Shown here: one piece after another, positions 49,901 to 62,484 of the stretch | Layout of the letters: each line of letters begins with the position of its first letter | Position numbering within the stretch: the stretch's first letter is position 1 | NCBI RefSeq assembly: GCF_046119375.1 | Contig: NW_027362765.1 | Coordinates: forward strand, 118,234,001 to 118,298,000 | DNA from: Phyllobates terribilis | Lineage: Eukaryota | Length of the DNA: 64,000 nt | Reading direction: 5' to 3' | Program-made: the position numbers and the translations under genes | Notes under the pieces: model-generated | Seen by the model: the letters and a program-made list of their open reading frames with translations, nothing else | Databases searched by the model: none | What the model was told of the DNA's origin: nothing

Positions 49901-52900
49901 TTAACACAACTTATCCGCCATAAATCAGGAGAGAGATAGATGGCGACACCTTCATAATGTCTCTTCTGCTGGTAACTGGAATACCAGATGAACTACAGAA
50001 CTGAGCAGAAAACACTGATCCAGTAACGTAATCACCCCCTAGAATAAAACTACTACAATACTGCCCGCTATGTACAAGAGTATAACTACTATAATACTGC
50101 CCGCTATGTACAAGAGTATAACTACTATAATACCACCCGCTATGTACAAGGATATAACTATTATACCACCCGCTATGTACAAGAATATAACTACTATTAT
50201 ACCACCCGCTATGTACAAGAATATAACTACTATAATACTGCACGCTATGTACAAGAATATAACTACTATAATACCGCCCGCTATGTACAAGAATATAACT
50301 ACTATAATACCGCCCGCTATGTACAAGAATATAGCTACTATAATACCACCCGCTATGTACAAGGATATAACTACTATTATACCACCCGCTATGTACAAGA
50401 ATATAACTACTATTATACCACCCGCTATGTACAAGAATATAACTACTATAATACCGCCCGCTATGTACAAGAATATAACTACTATAATACCGCCCGCTAT
50501 GTACAAGAATATAACTACTATAATACCGCCCGCTATGTACAAGAATATAACTACTATAATTCTATGTACAAGAATATAACTACTATAATACTGCCTCCTA
50601 TATACAAGAATATAACTACTATAATACTGCCTCTTATGTACAAGAATATAACTACTATAATACTGCCCCCTATGTACAAGAATATAAATACTATAATACT
50701 GCCCCCTATGTACAAGAATATAACTACTATAATTCAATGTACAAGAATACCACCATATAACGCTTAACGCTTGCAGACAAATGTTTTAAAGTCAAAATAT
50801 CATTATAGGAAATCTGTGAATTCAGGAAAATGCAATTTACCTACAGATATAGAGTTAATCTGCAGGTAAATGGCATTACAATGCTGTCCAGTCGCCTTAC
50901 TGATAGTGTAGCTACCGGGAGAAAATAAACTTTCCTCCTGGGAGCTGCCGGTTTTTAATCATAGGTGCAGAAACAGAGGGACTACAGTCAGGGCTCAGTA
51001 CATAGAGAGCGGTGGCCCTGATACCATGACAGCTCGCTCTGCACAGACGCACTTCAGAGATGGCGGTCATTCACACTACTGGGGTGTCTTACAGCCGCCG
51101 CTCACAGTATAGGAAGCAGTGACTGCAGTTGCTTCTATGACTAAAGTTGACGGCTCCCAGGAGGAAATAAAGTGCAGTTACCGGGAGAAAATTAACTTAA
51201 TGGGGTTTATCCACGAAGAAAAGTTCATTTCAATCAATAGATCTTGGAAAAATAATAACTTGAACAAGTGGATGTGTTTAAATAAAATGTTCCTGTGCTG
51301 AGATAATCTTATAAATGTGCCCCTGCTGTGTACTGTGTAATGGCTGTGTCTGACCGTGCAGGAACATGGTCTGGTCATACCACATCTCCTGGGCAAAGAA
51401 GTCACCACCATTGGCCTCCGGAACTGTGGAGACGTGTCCTGTGCAGTGATGGATCTCACTTCTCTCTCTGGCATCTGGTGGAGTCTGGATTTGGTGAATA
51501 CCAGGAGAACGTTACCTGCCTGACTGCATTGTGCCAGCTATAGTTTGGTGGCGGAGGGATAATGTTATGGTGCAATTTTCTTGGGGGTTGACCTCAGTTC
51601 CTTAATTCCAGTGAAGGGAAATGTTAATCCTTCAGAACAAGCCATTTTTGACAATTCTAGCTTATAACTTTGTGGGAACAGTTAGGGGAAAGCCTTTTTC
51701 TGTTCCGCATGACTGTGCCCAGTGCGCTAAGCGAGGTCCATAAAGACATGTTAGAGGAGTTTGTTGTAGAAGAACATGACCAGCCGCACAAAGCCACAAC
51801 CTCAGCCCCATCCAACACCTTTGTGATGATCTAGTACACAGACTATGAGCCCAGCTTCTGCTCCAACATCAGGGTCTGACCTCACAAATGCTCTTCTGGA
51901 AGAAGGGGCAAAAATTCCCATGGAAACCTCCAAAATATTGTAGCAATCCTTCCCAGAAGAGAGGAAGAGGCAATAGCGGCAAAGGGACCAATTCCATATT
52001 AATGCAGAGTGGGATGTCCTCCTGTAGGTGTAATGTGGAGGGGGCACAATACTTCAGTTCATATAATGTAAGTTATTCCCTGCCGATATGATGGCATATG
52101 GGATAACTTAATGATTGCTGGGGATCCGACCATTGGGACCACTACAGATCCTGAGAACGGTGTTTGCAGTCTGCACCCAGCCATTAAACAAGATTTAGGA
52201 ATCCGATCATCTAAATGCAAAACAACACTAATCTCCATGCGATAATCAAGTGATTGTAGTCTTCTACTCCCTGTTATCAGCCACTTGAAGCTGAAGAAAG
52301 ACCAATGAGTAACTGAAAAAGTTGAACCCTCCCTGCCCCCATGATCACAACTTTAGATAACATATCACCAGTGCTGAGACCACCGCAACCCTGTGTTCAG
52401 TCCACTTAAAGGGCTTGTCCAGATTCAGGAGGGCTAAACCTAGGGGATTTAGAATCTAAACTGATCTAGGTGGGTCCTGCTGCTTGGACCCCGAAACTGG
52501 TCTGTGACTACAGTAGGAACTGTGCTGCAAGTAAAGCATCACAGTGATAGATGACAGATTGATGTATGGGGGGCATCAACAGGTCACCCCAAATCCACCT
52601 GCAGATTGTGGCAATTCATGGGGATGCTGATACCTGTAGATAAAAGGTTAAACAGGTCGGGTGCTGCCACTAATACAAAAGGGTCTCTCCTATATAATGG
52701 GTATGGGGGATGCAAAGGGTACCTTAACCAGGGATGGCTCCTATGAGATATTATATGTGGGAAGGGGTCTCGCTAATAAATAGGGGGCTGAGCTATCACT
52801 AATTGTCTCTGCAATGTAATCATTATGGATGGGTGGGGGGGTCTCTCCTATACAATCATATGGGTGCAGGGGGGTCTCTCCCATGGCTGTGGAGTCGGTA

Positions 52901-55900
52901 AGCCAAACCTTCCACTCCCGACTCCCTCATACATGGCTCATGTTTAAGTGATAAATTTACTGTAGCACAGATTCATCTCAGCTAAAAGTCTAGACCCTTA
53001 GATCAGGAATAGGACAGACATTTATAGGACATTTCATAACTTTCCCAAATTCTTATGAAAAAAATATTCCCCACAAACTGCATTAAACTACTGTACCCAA
53101 TTTATTATATATTTTAGGAGTCAGAGTCGGTCCATTTTATACCGACCAACTCAGACTCCTCCAAAATGGACACCCACTCCACAGCCCAGGTCTATCCTAT
53201 ACAATCATATGAGTGGGGGAGGGGAGGGGGCCCTCTCCTATACAATCATATGAGTGGGGGAGGGGAGGGGGCCCTCTCCTATACAATCATATGAGTGGGG
53301 GAGGGTAAGGGGGCCCTCTCCTATACAATCATATGAGTAGGGGAGGGTAAGGGGGCCCTCTCCTATACAATCATATGAGTGGGGGAGGGTAAGGGGGCCC
53401 TCTCCTATACAATCATATGAGTGGGGGAGGGTAAGGGGGCCCTCTCCTATACAATCATATGAGTGGGGGAGGGTAAGGGGGCCCTCTCCTATACAATCAT
53501 ATGAGTGGGGGAGGGTAAGGGGGCCCTCTCCTATACAATCATATGAGTGGGGGAGGGTAAGGGGGCCCTCTCCTATACAATCATATGAGTGGGGGAGGGT
53601 AAGGGGGCCCTCTCCTATACAATCATATGAGTGGGGGAGGGTAAGGGGGGCCCTCTCCTATACAATCATATGAGTGGGGGAGGGTAAGGGGGGCCCTCTC
53701 CTATACAATCATATGAGTGGGGGAGGGTAAGGGGGGCCCTCTCCTATACAATCATATGAGTGGGGGAGGGTAAGGGGGGCCCTCTCCTATACAATCATAT
53801 GAGTGGGGGAGGGTAAGGGGGGCCCTCTCCTATACAATCATATGAGTGGGGGAGGGTAAGGGGGGCCCTCTCCTATACAATCATATGAGTGGGGGAGGGT
53901 AAGGGGGGCCCTCTCCTATACAATCATATGAGTGGGGGAGGGTAAGGGGGGCCCTCTCCTATACAATCATATGAGTGGGGGAGGGTAAGGGGGGCCCTCT
54001 CCTATACAATCATATGAGTGGGGGAGGGTAAGGGGGGCCCTCTCCTATACAATCATATGAGTGGGGGAGGGTAAGGGGGGCCCTCTCCTATACAATCATA
54101 TGAGTGGGGGAGGGTAAGGGGGGCCCTCTCCTATACAATCATATGAGTGGGGGAGGGTAAGGGGGGCCCTCTCCTATACAATCATATGAGTGGGGGAGGG
54201 TAAGGGGGGCCCTCTCCTATACAATCATATGAGTGGGGGAGGGTAAGGGGGGCCCTCTCCTATACAATCATATGAGTGGGGGAGGGTAAGGGGGGCCCTC
54301 TCCTATACAATCATATGAGTGGGGGAGGGTAAGGGGGGCCCTCTCCTATACAATCATATGAGTGGGGGAGGGTAAGGGGGGCCCTCTCCTATACAATCAT
54401 ATGAGTGGGGGAGGGTAAGGGGGGCCCTCTCCTATACAATCATATGAGTGGGGGAGGGTAAGGGGGGCCCTCTCCTATACAATCATATGAGTGGGGGAGG
54501 GTAAGGGGGGCCCTCTCCTATACAATCATATGAGTGGGGGAGGGTAAGGGGGGCCCTCTCCTATACAATCATATGAGTGGGGGAGGGTAAGGGGGGCCCT
54601 CTCCTATACAATCATATGAGTGGGGGAGGGTAAGGGGGGCCCTCTCCTATACAATCATATGAGTGGGGGAGGGTAAGGGGGGCCCTCTCCTATACAATCA
54701 TATGAGTGGGGGAGGGTAAGGGGGGCCCTCTCCTATACAATCATATGAGTGGGGGAGGGTAAGGGGGGCCCTCTCCTATACAATCATATGAGTGGGGGAG
54801 GGTAAGGGGGGCCCTCTCCTATACAATCATATGAGTGGGGGAGGGTAAGGGGGGCCCTCTCCTATACAATCATATGAGTGGGGGAGGGTAAGGGGGGCCC
54901 TCTCCTATACAATCATATGAGTGGGGGAGGGTAAGGGGGGCCCTCTCCTATACAATCATATGAGTGGGGGAGGGTAAGGGGGCCCTCTCCTATACAATCA
55001 TATGAGTGGGGGAGGGTAAGGGGGCCCTCTCCTATACAATCATATGAGTGGGGGAGGGTAAGGGGGCCCTCTCCTATACAATCATATGAGTGGGGGAGGG
55101 TAAGGGGGCCCTCTCCTATACAATCATATGAGTGGGGGAGGGTAAGGGGGCCCTCTCCTATACAATCATATGAGTGGGGGAGGGTAAGGGGGCCCTCTCC
55201 TATACAATCATATGAGTGGGGGAGGGTAAGGGGGCCCTCTCCTATACAATCATATGAGTGGGGGAGGGTAAGGGGGCCCTCTCCTATACAATCATATGAG
55301 TGGGGGAGGGTAAGGGGGCCCTCTCCTATACAATCATATGAGTGGGGGAGGGTAAGGGGGCCCTCTCCTATACAATCATATGAGTGGGGGAGGGTAAGGG
55401 GGCCCTCTCCTATACAATCATATGAGTGGGGGAGGGTAAGGGGGCCCTCTCCTATACAATCATATGAGTGGGGGAGGTAAGGGGGCCCTCTCCTATACAA
55501 TCATATGAGTGGGGGAGGGTAAGGGGGCCCTCTCCTATACAATCATATGAGTGGGGGAGGGTAAGGGGGCCCTCTCCTATACAATCATATGAGTGGGGGA
55601 GGGTAAGGGGGCCCTCTCCTATACAATCATATGAGTGGGGGAGGGTAAGGGGGCCCTCTCCTATACAATCATATGAGTGGGGGAGGGTAAGGGGGCCCTC
55701 TCCTATACAATCATATGAGTGGGGGAGGGGGCCCTCTCCTATACAATCATATGAGTGGGGGAGGGGAGGGGGCCCTCTCCTATACAATCATGAGTGGGGG
55801 AGGGGGCCCTCTCCTATACAATAACGTGAAGGGGGGGGGGGGTAAAAAGCTCCTATACAATATTATAGGGGAGGTCTCAGATACAATAGTATGGTATGGG

Positions 55901-56479
55901 GGAGGTGTTTCCTATACAATAATATGGGGCGTGAGGGTCTCTGCTACACAATATTAGGGGGGGGTCTTTCTTATACAATAATATGGGGAGAGAAGGGGGT
56001 CTCTCCTATGTCACAATGTTTTGGCGGGACATCTCTCCTATATAATAGTAGGGATGGGGGTTCTCTTCTATATAATATGGGGAGACGGGGTTTCTCCTAT
56101 ACAATAGTATGGATGGGGGGGGGGGTTCTCTCTTATACAATATTGTGGGTGGGGGTCTCGCTTATATAATGATATTGAGTGGATGGGGGGGGGGCTCTCC
56201 TATACCATAATGTGGGTGATGGTCTCGCTCATGCAGTGCTGTGGTGGTATACACCCAGATAATGCCATTATATAAGATGAGGGGGTCAGGAGTTCCCCAC
56301 TTCCGGGACACCAGGCCCCTCAGCTTTATTTCCGGTTCCGCTTTCCCCTCCATTCCTCTCCGCCGGCCGCGGTATCGCCTCTGCAGCCCCCTGCTCCCCG
56401 TCTGTTCATCTCTCCTTTCCCCCTGAACCCCGAACCCGACGGAGACACCGACTCCAGCACTTACCGCAACGGCCGCCAT
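40950..56479 (-). CDS. TM9SF4: Transmembrane 9 superfamily member 4, 18 coding exons, 642 aa
   Basis: Exons on minus strand: 56479-56465, 49292-49179, 49099-49000, 46315-46147, 45441-45312, 45049-44926, 44709-44591, 44508-44397, 44097-44027, 43942-43810, 43717-43636, 43510-43435, 43188-43105, 43027-42852, 42073-42010, 41625-41506, 41266-41177, 41099-40950 (1929 nt, all GT-AG). Peptides [56 protein letters not shown]; C-terminal AVKID (KxD motif). Confidence 0.98.
46477..48003 (+). mobile_element. Near full-length decayed Tc1-like transposon in TM9SF4 intron 3
   Basis: TA-flanked TIRs CAGTTAGGCCCAGAAATATTTGGACAGTGA / TCACTGTCCAAATATTTCAGGACCTAACTG. Broken transposase remnants [27 protein letters not shown] and WPSQS..DLNPIE with stops and indels. 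Confidence 0.9.
48200..48830 (+). mobile_element. Old Tc1-like transposase fragment
   Basis: Degenerate [13 protein letters not shown] and [12 protein letters not shown] motifs; no intact ends seen. Confidence 0.55.
50045..50760. repeat. 36-bp AT-rich minisatellite in TM9SF4 intron 1
   Basis: Unit CTATGTACAAGAATATAACTACTATAATACCGCCCG, ~20 copies. Confidence 0.95.
51395..52065 (+). mobile_element. Decayed 3' half of a Tc1-like element
   Basis: [20 protein letters not shown] (first catalytic D region), FGGGGIM and degenerate downstream DDE motifs. Confidence 0.65.
53190..55820. repeat. 42/43-bp G-rich minisatellite in TM9SF4 intron 1
   Basis: Unit CTCTCCTATACAATCATATGAGTGGGGGAGGGTAAGGGGG(G)CC, ~62 copies. 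Degenerate relatives continue to ~56220. Confidence 0.97.
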
Positions 56480-56780
56480 CTTGGATCCACGTGTCCCTGG
56501 TGACGTAGACGGAAGTGACCAGTCCCTTGACTACCGTAGTTTATTACCATGGGAACCGGAGTCCTCTGGAAATGCTCCTTAAATGTGTTATAGAAATGGC
56601 TGAGGCTCCGCACTGTGTACTGACGTCGCCTGGTATTTACATGCTGGAAGCCATCCATCGCCCTCCTGACCTGTGACCCCGGCGTCACATGACTTCCATC
56701 ACGCCTGTCACTGACCCCATGTAACTCTTATCAGTAAAGACTTCAGCTCAAACACCAGTCCGTGCGCCCCCCGCCTCAAT
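56280..56780 (-). promoter_or_regulatory. TM9SF4 CpG-island promoter
   Basis: CpG-rich. CAAGATGGCGG start context (YY1-like), CACGTG 56488-56493, TGACGT 56501-56506, CGGAAGTG 56510-56517, GTCACATGAC 56684-56693. Confidence 0.75.
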
Positions 56781-56794
56781 CTCGATGGCTGGAA

Positions 56795-58500
56795 AACACT
56801 AATATGGGGGCATCTGTGATTTACCCTAATATGGGGGCATCTGTGATTCACATTAATATAGGGGCATCTGTGATTCACACTAATATGGGGGCATCTGTGA
56901 TTCACACTAATATGGGGGCATCTGTGATTCACACTAATATGGGGGCATCTGTGATTTACCCTAATATGGGGGCATCTGTGATTCACACTAATATAGGGGC
57001 ATCTGTGATTTACCCTAATATGGGGGCATCTGTGATTCACACTAATATGGGGGCATCTGTGATTCACACTAATATGGGGGCATCTGTGATTCACACTAAT
57101 ATGGGGGCATCTGTGATTCACACTAATATGGGGGCATCTGTGATTCACACTAATATGGGGGCATCTGTGATTCACACTAATGTGGGTGCATCTGTGATTC
57201 ACACTAATATGGGGGCATCTGTGATTCACACTAATGTGGGGGCATCTGTGATTCACACTAATATGGGGGCATCTGTGATTCACACTAATATGGGTGCATC
57301 TGTGATTCACACTAATGTGGGGGTATCTGTGATTCACACTAATATGGGTGCATCTGTGATTCACACTAATATGGGGGCATCTGTGATTCACACTAATGTG
57401 GGGGCATCTGTGATTCACACTAATATGGGGGCATCTGTGATTCACACTAATATGGGGGCATCTGTGATTCACACTAATGTGGGGGCATCTGTGATTCACA
57501 CTAATATGGGGGCATCTGTGATTCACACTAATATGGGTGCATCTGTGATTCACACTAATGTGGGGGTATCTGTGATTCACACTAATATGGGTGCATCTGT
57601 GATTCACACTAACATGGGGGCATCTGTGATTCACACTAATATGGGGGCATCTGTGATTTACCCTAATGTGGGGGCATCTGTGATTCACACTAATATGGGG
57701 GCATCTGTGATTCACACTAATATGGGGGCATCTGTGATTCACACTAATATGGGGGCATCTGTGATTTACCCTAATATGGGGGCATCTGTGATTCACACTA
57801 ATATAGGGGCATCTGTGATTCACACTAATATGGGTGCATCTGTGATTCACACTAATATGGGTGCATCTGTGATTCACACTAATATAGGGGCATCTGTGAT
57901 TCACACTAATATGGGGGCATCTGTGATTCACACTAATATGGGGGCATCTGTGATTCACACTAATATGGGGGCATCTGTGATTCACACTAATATGGGTGCA
58001 TCTGTGATTCACACTAATATGGGGGCATCTGTGATTCACACTAATATGGGGGCATCTGTGATTTACCCTAATATGGGGGCATCTGTGATTCACACTAATA
58101 TGGGGGCATCTGTGATTCACACTAATGTGGGGGCACCTTTGATTTACCCTAATGTGGGGGCACCTTTGATTTACCCTAATATGGGGGCATCTGTGATTCA
58201 CACTAATGTGGGGGCATCTGTTATTCACACTAATGTGGGGGCATCTCTTATTCACACTAATGTGGGGGCATCTGTGATTCACACTAATATGGGGGCATCT
58301 GTGATTTACCATAATATGGGGGCACCTTTGATTTACCCTAATATGGGGGCACCTTTGGTTTACCCTAATGTGGGGGTACCTGTGATTTACACTAATGTGG
58401 GGGCATCTGTGATTCACACTAATATGGGGGCATGTCTGATTCACACTAATATGGGGCATGTCTGATTCACACTAATATGGGGGCATCTGTGATTCACACT
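56795..58500. repeat. 27-bp minisatellite upstream of TM9SF4
   Basis: Unit GGGGGCATCTGTGATTCACACTAATAT, ~63 copies. Explains the 583- and 567-aa ORFs. Confidence 0.97.
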
Positions 58501-59195
58501 TAGGGCTCGTGCAGACGGCCGTATTATCGGTCTGAGTGCGATCTGTCATAACATGAGATCACCCCCTGACCAATGTTAGTCTATGAGGCTGTGCACATGT
58601 TGATTTTTTTTTTCTTCCTTGGACCGAGCCGATCAGGGAAAAAAATCACTGCATGCCCAAGTTGGATCCAATTATCAGATCGCACTACACTAGTCAATGA
58701 GTGCGTAGAAACCATCGGACTGCACTCGGATGGCACCTGAGTGCGATCCGATTTCTCACACTGACAGAGAAAATTGAGAGGTTTTTTTCCCTTCTTCTCT
58801 TTATCCAATAGAATGGGATTCCAGAGTGTGATTAGTATAATCGGCACCTTCTCTCAGATGAGAGAATATACCGCGGTGTGACCCTAGCCTAATATGCCGT
58901 GTAACTGTGATTCACACTAATATGGAGGCACCTGGGATTCACTGTAACATGGGGTCATCTGTGCTTCAATAAAAGAAATGACTTTAAAAGTTTCCTTGTC
59001 TTAGGCCTTATTCACACACCCGTGTTTAAACATGTACGTGAAATATTGATAGCGGTGTCATCAGTGTGCTGAACAAGTTTTTCACAGACTTGTCATCTGT
59101 GCTGCCGGAAAAAAACGGATATGTGAAGAGCACTATGGACTATAATGGGTGCATGTTGTATCCGTGAACAAACGGATGTCTGAATGAGGCCTTAA
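58501..59195. mobile_element. Two adjacent MITEs (~58501-58890 and ~59002-59193) inserted in the 27-bp satellite region
   Basis: TAGGGCTCGTGCAGAC...GTGTGACCCTAGCCTA and TAGGCCTTATTCACAC...GTCTGAATGAGGCCTTA inverted ends. Confidence 0.55.
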
Positions 59196-59992
59196 TATTA
59201 TAATGCCGTAATAATGCCAATAGTGACAACGGCAACATTGTTTCAGTATTCCCTTATATCCATCAGTGCATAGAAACATCCATTTTCGTTTTCCGATAAC
59301 AGAACTTACATCAAGGATAAACATCACAGTGTATGAACTCCGAGAATAGCACGGTGCAGACAAGGGGACATTTCTTTCCAGGCAGAGACGCCGCGGCAGA
59401 TCTAATCGCTCATACTTGAGCGTCATTTCGAGGGTCCACCCTGTTTCTCAAGCTCGCACGAGACCATCATATCTTCCTTCAAAACGTTAACGTCATGTGA
59501 CAGCCATCACCGGTCCTGAAACAGCATTATAAATCCATATTCTATACGGTGACGGTGAAATCACCTTCTTTAGATTAGTAGAATATTCTTCACAGATTCA
59601 CATATTATTCTCATGACATATTATAAAGCGTCACATTAGTTGTGTAATCATATCAGGTGCGGAATATCCACATAATCAGAATGCAGATTTTTATAAGAAA
59701 ACACTAACATTGCAATTCTCATGTAATCCCCAGGGCAACCTGTATTTAGTGTATATCCAATATACTTCTCAATGTAATAAATATCCTTGCAGTTGTACAG
59801 GGTCCGGGTTCATCGCCTCTTCCAGAATTATCCATTTTCATTCAAAAGATTTATGACTAAATTCACAGAAATGTCTGATTATGGTAGTTTTATTACATTT
59901 TTTTTACAGTAGTAGTACCTTCCTTCTTTTGCATTTTTTCCTCTGTAATGTTTTATTTTCAATTTATTTAACTGATTAATGTTCTGTTAGAC

Positions 59993-62250
59993 CAGGGATG
60001 TCAAACTCAAACACACAGAGGGCCAAAATTAAAAATTTGGACAAAGTCGTAGCCCAACCAGTATAAAGTATAATGGGTCCCACATAGTCCTCGATACAGA
60101 ATAATGGACCCAACATAGTCCTCCATACAGAATAATGGCCCCACATAGTCCTTCATACAGAATAATGGCCCGACATAGTCCTGCATACAGTATAATGGGC
60201 CTCACATAGTCCTCAATACAGAATAATGACCCCACATAGTCCTCAATACAGAATAATGGCCTCACATAGTCCACCATACAGTATAATAGGCCCCACAAAG
60301 TCCTCCATACAGTATAATGGGCCCCACATAGTCCTCCATACAGTATAATGCACCCCACAGTCCTCCATACAGTATATTGAGCCCCACATAGTCCTTCATG
60401 CAGTATAATGAGCCCCACACAGTCCTCCATACAGAATAATGGCCGCACATAGTCCTTCATGCAGAATAATGGCCCCACATAGCCCTCAATACAGAATAAT
60501 GGCCACACATAGTCCTCAATACAGAATAATGGCCTCACATAGTCCTCCATACAGTATAATAGGCCCCACATATTACTCCATACAGTATAATGAGCTCCAC
60601 ATAGTCCTCCATACAGTATAATGGCCCCACATAGTCCTCCATACAGTATAATGGGCCCCACATAGTCCTCCATACAGAATAATGGCCCCACATAGTCCTC
60701 AATACAGAATAATGGCCCCACATAGTCCTCAATACAGACTAATGGCCCCACATAGTCCTCCATACAGAATAATGGGCCCCACATAGTCCTCCATACAGAA
60801 TAATGGCCCCACATAGTCCTCCATATAGAATAATGGGCCCAACATAGTCCTCCATACAGAATAAAGGCCCCACATAGTCCTCAATACAGAATAATGGCCC
60901 CACTTAGTCCTCCATACAGAATAATGGGCCCCACATAGTCCTCCATACAGAATAAAGGCCCCACTCAGTCCTCCATACAGAATAAAGGCCCCACATAGTC
61001 CTCCATACAGAATAATGGGCCCCACATAGTCCTCCATACAGAATAATGGGCCCCTCATAATCCTCCATACAGAATAAAGGCCCCACATAGTCCTCTATAC
61101 AGTATAATGGCCCCACATAGTCCTTCATACAGAATAATGGCCCCACATAGTCTTCAATATAGAATAATGGCCCCACATAGTCCTCCATACAGTATAATGG
61201 CCCCCACATAGTCCTCCATACAGTATAATGGCCCCACATAGTCCTCCATACAGAATAATGGGCCCCACATAGTCCTTCATACAGAATAATGGCCCCACAT
61301 AGTCCTTAATACAGAATAATGGGCCCCACATAGTCCTCCATACAGTATAATGACCCCACATAGTCCTCCATTCAGTATAATAGGCCGCACATAGTCCTCC
61401 ATACAGAATAATGGGCCCCACATAGTCCTCCATACAGTATAATGGGCCCCACATAGTCCTCTATACAGTATAATGGCCCCACATAGTCCTTCATACAGAA
61501 TAATGGCCCCACATAGTCTTCAATATAGAATAATGGCCCCACATAGTCCTCCATACAGTATAATGGCCCCCACATAGTCCTCCATACAGTATAATGGCCC
61601 CACATAGTCCTCCATACAGAATAATGGGCCCCACATAGTCCTTCATACAGAATAATGGCCCCACATAGTCCTTAATACAGAATAATGGGCCCCACATAGT
61701 CCTCCATACAGTATAATGACCCCACATAGTCCTCCATACAGTATAATGGGCCCCACATAGTCCTCTATACAGTATAATGGCCCCACATAGTCCTTCATAC
61801 AGAATAATGGCCCCACATAGTCTTCAATATAGAATAATGGCCCCACATAGTCCTCCATACAGTATAATGGCCCCCACATAGTCCTCCATACAGTATAATG
61901 GCCCCACATAGTCCTCCATACAGAATAATGGGCCCCACATAGTCCTTCATACAGAATAATGGCCCCACATAGTCCTTAATACAGAATAATGGGCCCCACA
62001 TAGTCCTCCATACAGTATAATGGCCCCACATAGTCATCAATACAGAATAATGGCCCCACATAGTCATCAATACAGTATAATGGGCCCCACATAGTCATCA
62101 ATACAGAATAATGGCCCCACATAGTCATCAATACAGTATAATGGGCCCCACATAGTCCTCAATACAGAATAATGGCCCCACACAGGGGTGGTGGTTCTGG
62201 TGTCGCGGGCCAAATAAAACCACCCTGCAGGCCAGAGTTTGACATGTGTG
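59993..62250. mobile_element. Non-autonomous hAT element filled with a ~30-bp minisatellite
   Basis: Perfect 8-bp TSD TGTTAGAC (59985-59992 and 62251-62258). TIRs CAGGGATGTCAAACTC / GAGTTTGACATGTGTG. Confidence 0.9.
60075..62182. repeat. ~30-bp minisatellite inside the hAT element
   Basis: Unit GGCCCCACATAGTCCTCCATACAGAATAAT with length variants, ~70 copies. Confidence 0.95.
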
Positions 62251-62484
62251 TGTTAGACATTTTAATCTGTCTCGTAGTTTTGTCATCTGTGATTCACACT
62301 CTATTAAGGGCGCAGTCAGACCGCTGTATAAATCGGACCTAGATTGGACCACAATGCTTGGACTCTCCTGACCCAAGCTTGACGGCTGCATAGAAATACG
62401 TGAAGCTCTCATGCTCGGGTCGGGAGAGCTGCCGGCCAGTTTGTGCATTGTGGTCCAGTCTCGGTCCGATTCATACAGCCTTTG

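Noticed and set aside
50039-50767. Hydrophobic repeat ORF ([12 protein letters not shown]) resembling a membrane protein
   Set aside because: Translation of a 36-bp intronic minisatellite.
56708-58465. 583- and 567-aa ORFs (HISVNHRCP / MGASVIHTN repeats)
   Set aside because: 27-bp satellite open on both strands, which is a repeat artefact.
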